From Massalongia carnosa (taxonomy: Eukaryota): a stretch of 64,000 nt of DNA. The stretch lies in contig OZ287077.1 of the NCBI GenBank assembly GCA_965645245.1, forward strand, positions 2,232,001 through 2,296,000. Direction: 5' to 3'. The notes beneath the pieces are model-generated. The model had not been told where the DNA came from. It ran no database searches and worked only from the letters and a program-made list of their open reading frames with translations. Of this stretch, positions 58,901 to 64,000 are shown piece by piece. Every line of letters begins with the position of its first letter. Position 1 is the stretch's first letter. The translations under genes were made by a program, and so were the position numbers.

Positions 58901-61360
58901 GAACACCAGATCAATGGTGCTGGTCGAGTTTCTTGCTTCCCATGTAATTGTTCCTCTTGGAAGTGTGAGAGAGAGGTTTTTGTTTTCTATAATATCCAGC
59001 AGTTGTTCGGACGCCTCGTGCTGTCCTCGTACCCCTGCTCCACCCCAGTATGGGTGATGGAGATTGAAGTCTCCTAGAAGAATATGCTCTCCGGGGTCTT
59101 GTAATTGGTGTAATACGGTCGATAGGGTGGACGGGCTAGTTATCGAGGAAGTGGATAAGGGCGATGGATTGTATATGTTGTGTATGTGAATCATTTTTGT
59201 TCCGTTTCCGTTTTTTAATTTTATTTTCAATGTGCTAATATCCTTTGACGGGTATTCCACTTCCCAGCTATCTGGGTCTATTTTGTTATTCATATAAAAG
59301 CAAACTCGCGTGTCGCCCCCTGGTTTATAAAGAAGATGGAACCCACTTTGATAGGGGTTAATAAGTAGGGACGTCGTAGGGTTTTTCCACGGTTCTTGAA
59401 TAGCTATGATGTCGAAATTCTGTGTTCTTTTATCTGACAGCAAGGGTATCAGTGTGCCTTTTGCACTTTTCCTGACATTGTACTGCAGTATCGTAAGGGT
59501 TTCTGTGTTCTTCATAGCATTCTTTCGTTGAGTTGTATCTCGTTGGTATTTCTTGCTCTAGTCATCGGACGTCCTCTTTTCGGTTTGGCGAAGACCGACT
59601 CTATGATTTCTGGGTTCATTATTTTTGCCCTCGTCGACCCCCATTCTTCCCTCCCTCGTAGAATTCTCCGTTCTTGTGCTTCTTGTGGTGATAACGAGCG
59701 CGACCGAGTGACTCTCAGTTCTCTAATTGATCTCGCACTTTCTTTTCTCTTACTTATCGTCTTCGTAGTTTCTGTCATTTCCACTTCGTTTTCCGCCTCT
59801 TCTCCTTCCTGCGGCTCCGCCTCGTTGGTGATGTGTGTCGATGGGAACTCGTTTTGTGAGGCGTCGGTGGGTTTGTTTGATTGGTGTTGTTGATTCCCAT
59901 GAGCTGCTTCGGTTTCGTCCTCGACTACGACTTCCATACGCCCCTCCTGCGCTTGGCTGAGGATTGCTTTATTTCCTTTGGGTGGGGGCGGCACTGCGTA
60001 CAAGCGCCGGCGTGATTCTCTTGTGATTTCCGTGCGGTGTTTTTTCTCTTTCCAGACTTGGCATTCCGCTGCCCACGCTGGGTGTCCCTTGTCCCCGCAC
60101 AATGCGCATCGTAGGGACCTTCCGGTTCTGCTGCATGGGCAGTTTCTGCTGCCGTGCCTTCCGACGCAGTACCCGCAGACGGTGGGATTTTTGCAAAACT
60201 TCGCGATGTGTCCGTATTGCTGACAATTGAAGCATTACGTGAGCTTGCAGCCGGCTTCGAAGAGCTCGCATGTTTTTATTTCCACTTCGTCCGCCAGTCC
60301 TACGAGGATCAAACGATTGGCCATTTCTGCAGTTTCTACCTCGATGTGTAACGAGGCGTAGCGCTTGTTTTGTTTGCGGGCTCTGGCGCTCCAGGCTACT
60401 GGACTGATTTTCAGTCCTTCATGCAATCCTGCGTTTTCCTTTATCAAGTATTCCAATGCTTTCGCTTGCTTTGACCCTCTGACTTCGTTCATTTTTACTC
60501 CGTGAGCTAGAATTGCATAGCCTTCTTTGCGTATCGTCGCTGATGCAGCAACTCTCTTTATGTATTCCGAGTGTGCTTGCAAGGTTTCCTTGACTTCCGG
60601 TGTTTTTACGTGAATTTTTAGATCTCCACTTTGTAGTCGTCGGTTGCCCGTCACCTCTTCGTTAGAGACTCGTAGGGCGTCTACTATTTCCTTTGTGGTC
60701 TTTTTACCTAGGGCTTCCTGCTCCTTGGGGTCTTCTACTCTCACTATGATTTCCTTCATTTTTCTCTTCTCTCTGAGGGTGTTTTCCTCGTTGAGGCCTT
60801 GATTCTTCACTTCGGTTTCCTGTCCGCTTTTACGCTTTCCTGCTGCGACCGCCGCGTAGCTGAGAGCCTTGCCGTTATTCTCGCCCTGGTTTTCTATCTT
60901 CTTCAATCTTTGCTGAATATCCTGCAATGTATCTTGAAAATTTTCCTGCGTCGACGCGTCGAGCGCGTCGCGTTCCGATGAAGTTTTTTCTATGAACTCA
61001 ACAAGATCGAGTATCCAACGCCTCGCCTCCACGCCGGCTACAATCACATCTGCTCTTTCCAGAAATTCTCTTGCTTTGCTTATTAGCTCGTGAGTTTCAC
61101 TTATCTCTTGCCCTTGGGCTTTGGCACTCGTTGTCGTATTCATTTACATCACCACTCTATCTATCTTTGTTAGATCGGTCCTCCTCCTTCTTCACCATCG
61201 ATCCTCACCACGGAGACGCCAAAGGCCTCACCGTGGAGCGACCGACAAACATAGATTTGCTCCTATCTTTTCGCATCAAAACAATGCTAATTTAACGCGT
61301 TCACACGCGTCGCAGACGTACGTACGGAAGAGGATACGAAGGCCAACCGCCGGGGGGTAG
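55911..61360 (-). mobile_element. APE-type (Tad-like) LINE M, near full length, with stops and frameshifts
   Basis: ORF1 61143-59512 (stop at 60235, CCHC clusters). ORF2 from 59515: endonuclease, KAPGPDG, WRPIALL, GIPQGSPLSP, FVDD, CPCG..H..C. (AATCA)-like tail at 55911-55932. 5' boundary approximate. Confidence 0.92.
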
Positions 61361-61388
61361 AATGCGCGCGTCCCTGCACCATGGTTCA

Positions 61389-62080
61389 AAGGGTTCATGT
61401 CCCTTCATGCAGTCATCAGCTGGAAGAAGATTTGGACCAAAGGAGCCGCATCATCCCCCACCCGGGCACAATCGACACGCGTTCTAGCTCCTGAGAGTTC
61501 AAGTCTCCCCATGCAGTCATCAGCTGGGATCAACAGAACGCGTAAAGGCACCGGGGCGAATGCTGTCACCTCAAGAAAACTCCATCTTGGAGCAGAATAA
61601 CAATATCCCATTTAATAGGCCCGGCCTGTTAAATAAAATCGAGGAAAACACAGAGTCACAAAAGACATAGTCATCAATCACACGTTGTACAAAGCAAACA
61701 GTCACAAAGCACACAGTCGCAAACATACAGTCACAAACACACAGTCAAAAAACACACAGTCACAAAAAACACAGTCACAAATCAATAACACGTCCCTGTG
61801 AAGGGGGTTCTGCGGGGGCTCGTTAAGACAGATCTGCACCCCGTTAATATCGGCGTACATATTTTTAGAGGTTCAAGTCCTTTCTAGCAGTCATCAGCTG
61901 AAAATGATGCATTTTGACACGGGTAGACCACGATGAATCACAAAACGAATGAAAAGAGTTCAGTGGAACTTCGTTAATATTGTTCTCGAAAGACCTCGTT
62001 AATAAGATTTTCATAGATCTCGTTAACAACGTTCAGTCATACTCTTAAAGGTTCAAGTCCTTTCATGCAGTCATCGGCTG
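61389..62080. repeat. Four dispersed copies of a 34-nt motif (61389-61422, 61493-61526, 61867-61900, 62047-62080)
   Basis: Consensus RRRRG-TTCAAGT-CYYYY-CATGCAGTCATCAGCTG. Confidence 0.85.
61648..61781 (+). repeat. Subtelomeric ~15-bp tandem repeat (ACACAGTCACAAA-like)
   Basis: About 8 degenerate AGTCA-centred units. Confidence 0.8.
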
Positions 62081-62232
62081 AGAGCTAAAGACGTACGACA
62101 CGGGTCTCCTTCGTCTACAACACGGAGCCCTCCAGCTGAAAGAAATAAAACATATAGACACATAGTGTAGGGTCACACCCTACACGATACAAGGGATTTG
62201 GGTTATGAAAACCATCCGATTGATGGCTACCG

Positions 62233-62430
62233 TTAGGGTTAGGGTTAGGGTTAGGGTTAGGGTTAGGGTTAGGGTTAGGGTTAGGGTTAGGGTTAGGGTT
62301 AGGGTTAGGGTTAGGGTTAGGGTTAGGGTTAGGGTTAGGGTTAGGGTTAGGGTTAGGGTTAGGGTTAGGGTTAGGGTTAGGGTTAGGGTTAGGGTTAGGG
62401 TTAGGGTTAGGGTTAGGGTTAGGGTTAGGG
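62233..62430 (+). repeat. Telomere tract (TTAGGG)33
   Basis: 198 bp of perfect repeats, G-rich strand pointing outward as expected for a right chromosome end. Confidence 0.98.
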
Positions 62431-62468
62431 CGCACTTCCTCGGCCTCTGGCGAGAGTGAAAGCTGTGG

Positions 62469-63074
62469 CTAGGAGTATTTGCGAAGCATGCCCAGCACTT
62501 TGCCCTGGATGGTTACACTCGCTGCGGGGGCGTAGATGGGCGCCATCTCGGCATTCGATGGTTGGAGGCGGATCATGGTGCCTTCCCGATAAAAGCGCTT
62601 CAGGGTGGCCTCCGCGCCGTCTATCAGGGCGACGATAATCTCACCTTCGCGGGCGGTCTTGGTGCGCTCGACCAGGACGTAATCGCCGGAGACGATGTGT
62701 TCGTCGCGCATGGAATCGCCACGTACTTCAAGGGCGAAGACCTCGCGATTGCCGATGATGTCATTCAGAGAGATGCTCTCGGTGGTTTCGATGGCCTCCA
62801 CCGGATGGCCGGCGGCGATCCTGCCCATGAGAGGCAGGCGATCGGAGCCCTTCTTGCCCGCGCGGGCGGGAAGGACGTCGATCGATCGGCTGCGATTGTG
62901 GGCGCGCTGAAGCAGCCCTTTTCCCTGGAGATTCGTGATGTGTTTGTGCACTGTCGCCAGAGAGCTGAGGCCGAGACCGGTTGCGATCTCCTCGTAAGAG
63001 GGGGAGTAACCGTTTCTCTGGGTGAAGGAGGAGAGGAAGTCGATGACCTCTTTTTGTCGCCGCGTAATTGCCAT
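62469..63074 (-). CDS. lexA: Bacterial LexA SOS repressor (201 aa)
   Basis: MAITRRQ..GYSPSYEEIA winged helix, GRIAAG cleavage site, VRGDSM (catalytic Ser), ATLKRF (catalytic Lys). Confidence 0.96.
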   Translation of the reverse strand: MAITRRQKEVIDFLSSFTQRNGYSPSYEEIATGLGLSSLATVHKHITNLQGKGLLQRAHNRSRSIDVLPARAGKKGSDRLPLMGRIAAGHPVEAIETTESISLNDIIGNREVFALEVRGDSMRDEHIVSGDYVLVERTKTAREGEIIVALIDGAEATLKRFYREGTMIRLQPSNAEMAPIYAPAASVTIQGKVLGMLRKYS

Positions 63075-63081
63075 GCCAATC

Positions 63082-63109
63082 ATTGTAGCGAATAAAAAGC
63101 GAAGTGCAA
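63082..63109 (-). promoter_or_regulatory. Putative lexA sigma70 promoter with an overlapping degenerate SOS box
   Basis: -35 TTGCAC (63109-63104), 16-bp spacer, -10 TACAAT (63087-63082). CTTC-N7-ATTC (63104-63090) resembles GTTC-N7-GTTC. Confidence 0.6.
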
Positions 63110-63361
63110 GCACCAAGTGTTCTCTGAAAGAAAGCCGGGTAACGAGGTTGATTCGCGACCCGTTTCGAAAATGGGGGACCATAAAGCGGTGTGGATTACA
63201 GGACAGCCGGAAGAAAGATTGCGTTTTTCCCTCTTCGGGACAAAAGGGCACAAAAAGAATTAACAAGTATTGCTCAATCACGCGCCAACGGAGGAAGGTA
63301 GAGCAACAAGTCTCGCACGAAGAACTTGAAGATCACAGCGGCAACCGTTCATGGGGTGATG

Positions 63362-64000
63362 ATGCAAGTTTTGATTGTGGAAGATGATTCCGCTCTTGGT
63401 TTGTTTCTTCAAAAGGGTCTAACGCTTGAGGGCCACGTCGTCGAGTGGCTTGGCGATGGCCGCAGTGCAATGGACCGGCTGGCCTTGAGGCGGCCAGACC
63501 TGATGGTGCTCGACCTCAGTCTGCCCAAGAAGGACGGCACTGAGATCCTCGAATCGCTGGCCGGCCGCTTCGATGGCATGTCGGTGCTCGTGCTTACCGG
63601 GCGCAACGATGTGGAGATCCGTGTGAAGTGCCTGAACCTGGGCGCGGACGACTGCATGTTGAAGCCGTTCAGCTTCCATGAACTGCGGGCGCGGTGCCGG
63701 GCCTTGTTGCGCCGGCGCGAACAATTTGCCGACCCGGTGCTGCGGCAGAGCGGCATAGAACTGCACCGGATGGAGCGCAAGGTGACGCGCGACGGCACGC
63801 AGATAGACCTTACGGTGAAGGAATTCGCCCTGTTGGAGTTCCTGCTGCAACGGCGCGGGCTCTGTTGCAGCCGGGCGGAGTTGCTGCGCGAGGTATGGCA
63901 AATGTCGCCGGACACGGGGACCAATGTCGTGGATGTCTATATCAACTATCTGCGAAGGAAACTGGCGGCGGCGCATCCCCTGGACAAGCTTGGCGGTGCC
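63362..64000 (+). CDS. OmpR/PhoB-family response regulator (runs off window end)
   Basis: MQVLIVEDD, LDLSLP, LGADD..KPF, NVVDVYINYLRRKL; SD-like GGGGTGA upstream. Confidence 0.93.
   Translation, partial: MQVLIVEDDSALGLFLQKGLTLEGHVVEWLGDGRSAMDRLALRRPDLMVLDLSLPKKDGTEILESLAGRFDGMSVLVLTGRNDVEIRVKCLNLGADDCMLKPFSFHELRARCRALLRRREQFADPVLRQSGIELHRMERKVTRDGTQIDLTVKEFALLEFLLQRRGLCCSRAELLREVWQMSPDTGTNVVDVYINYLRRKLAAAHPLDKLGGA

Noticed and set aside
55911..61360. LINE M as a telomere-specific retrotransposon (MoTeR/TRAS-like)
   Set aside because: Not inserted in TTAGGG, no telomeric repeats at its ends, and about 0.9 kb from the tract.
61389..62080. 34-nt repeats as a CRISPR array or tRNA genes
   Set aside because: Irregular periods (104, 374, 180 bp), no cas genes, eukaryotic context; no acceptor stem or D/anticodon arms found.
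62115..62459. ORFs (PN)n and (RV)n
   Set aside because: Translations of the telomere repeat.
63409..63976. Minus-strand ORFs of 171 and 185 aa
   Set aside because: Antisense shadows of the response regulator in GC-rich DNA.

Overview
Bases 1-62430 are the last ~62 kb of a filamentous-ascomycete chromosome arm, ending in 33 perfect TTAGGG repeats (62233-62430). I found no intact host gene there. It is a nested transposon stack: six Ty3/Gypsy elements (labelled A, B, C, D, H, I), two Ty1/Copia elements (J, L), three IS630/Tc1/mariner DNA transposons (E, F, G), two tail-to-tail APE-type (Tad-like) LINEs (K, M), a small non-coding LTR element and several solo LTRs. A fragment of a telomere-linked RecQ helicase is also present. 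Several insertions are fixed to the base by target-site duplications. Directly after the telomere come ~1.6 kb of bacterial DNA (lexA and a divergent OmpR-family response regulator, Acidobacteria-like), most likely an assembly chimera. Most notable observations: a DD37E Tc1-like element with a non-TA target inserted in a polypurine tract; four 34-nt subtelomeric motifs with a covarying hairpin; widespread Tf1-type self-priming signatures, including in the non-coding element; and a shared 33-bp LINE 3' motif. All calls come from reading the sequence by eye; no database searches were run.
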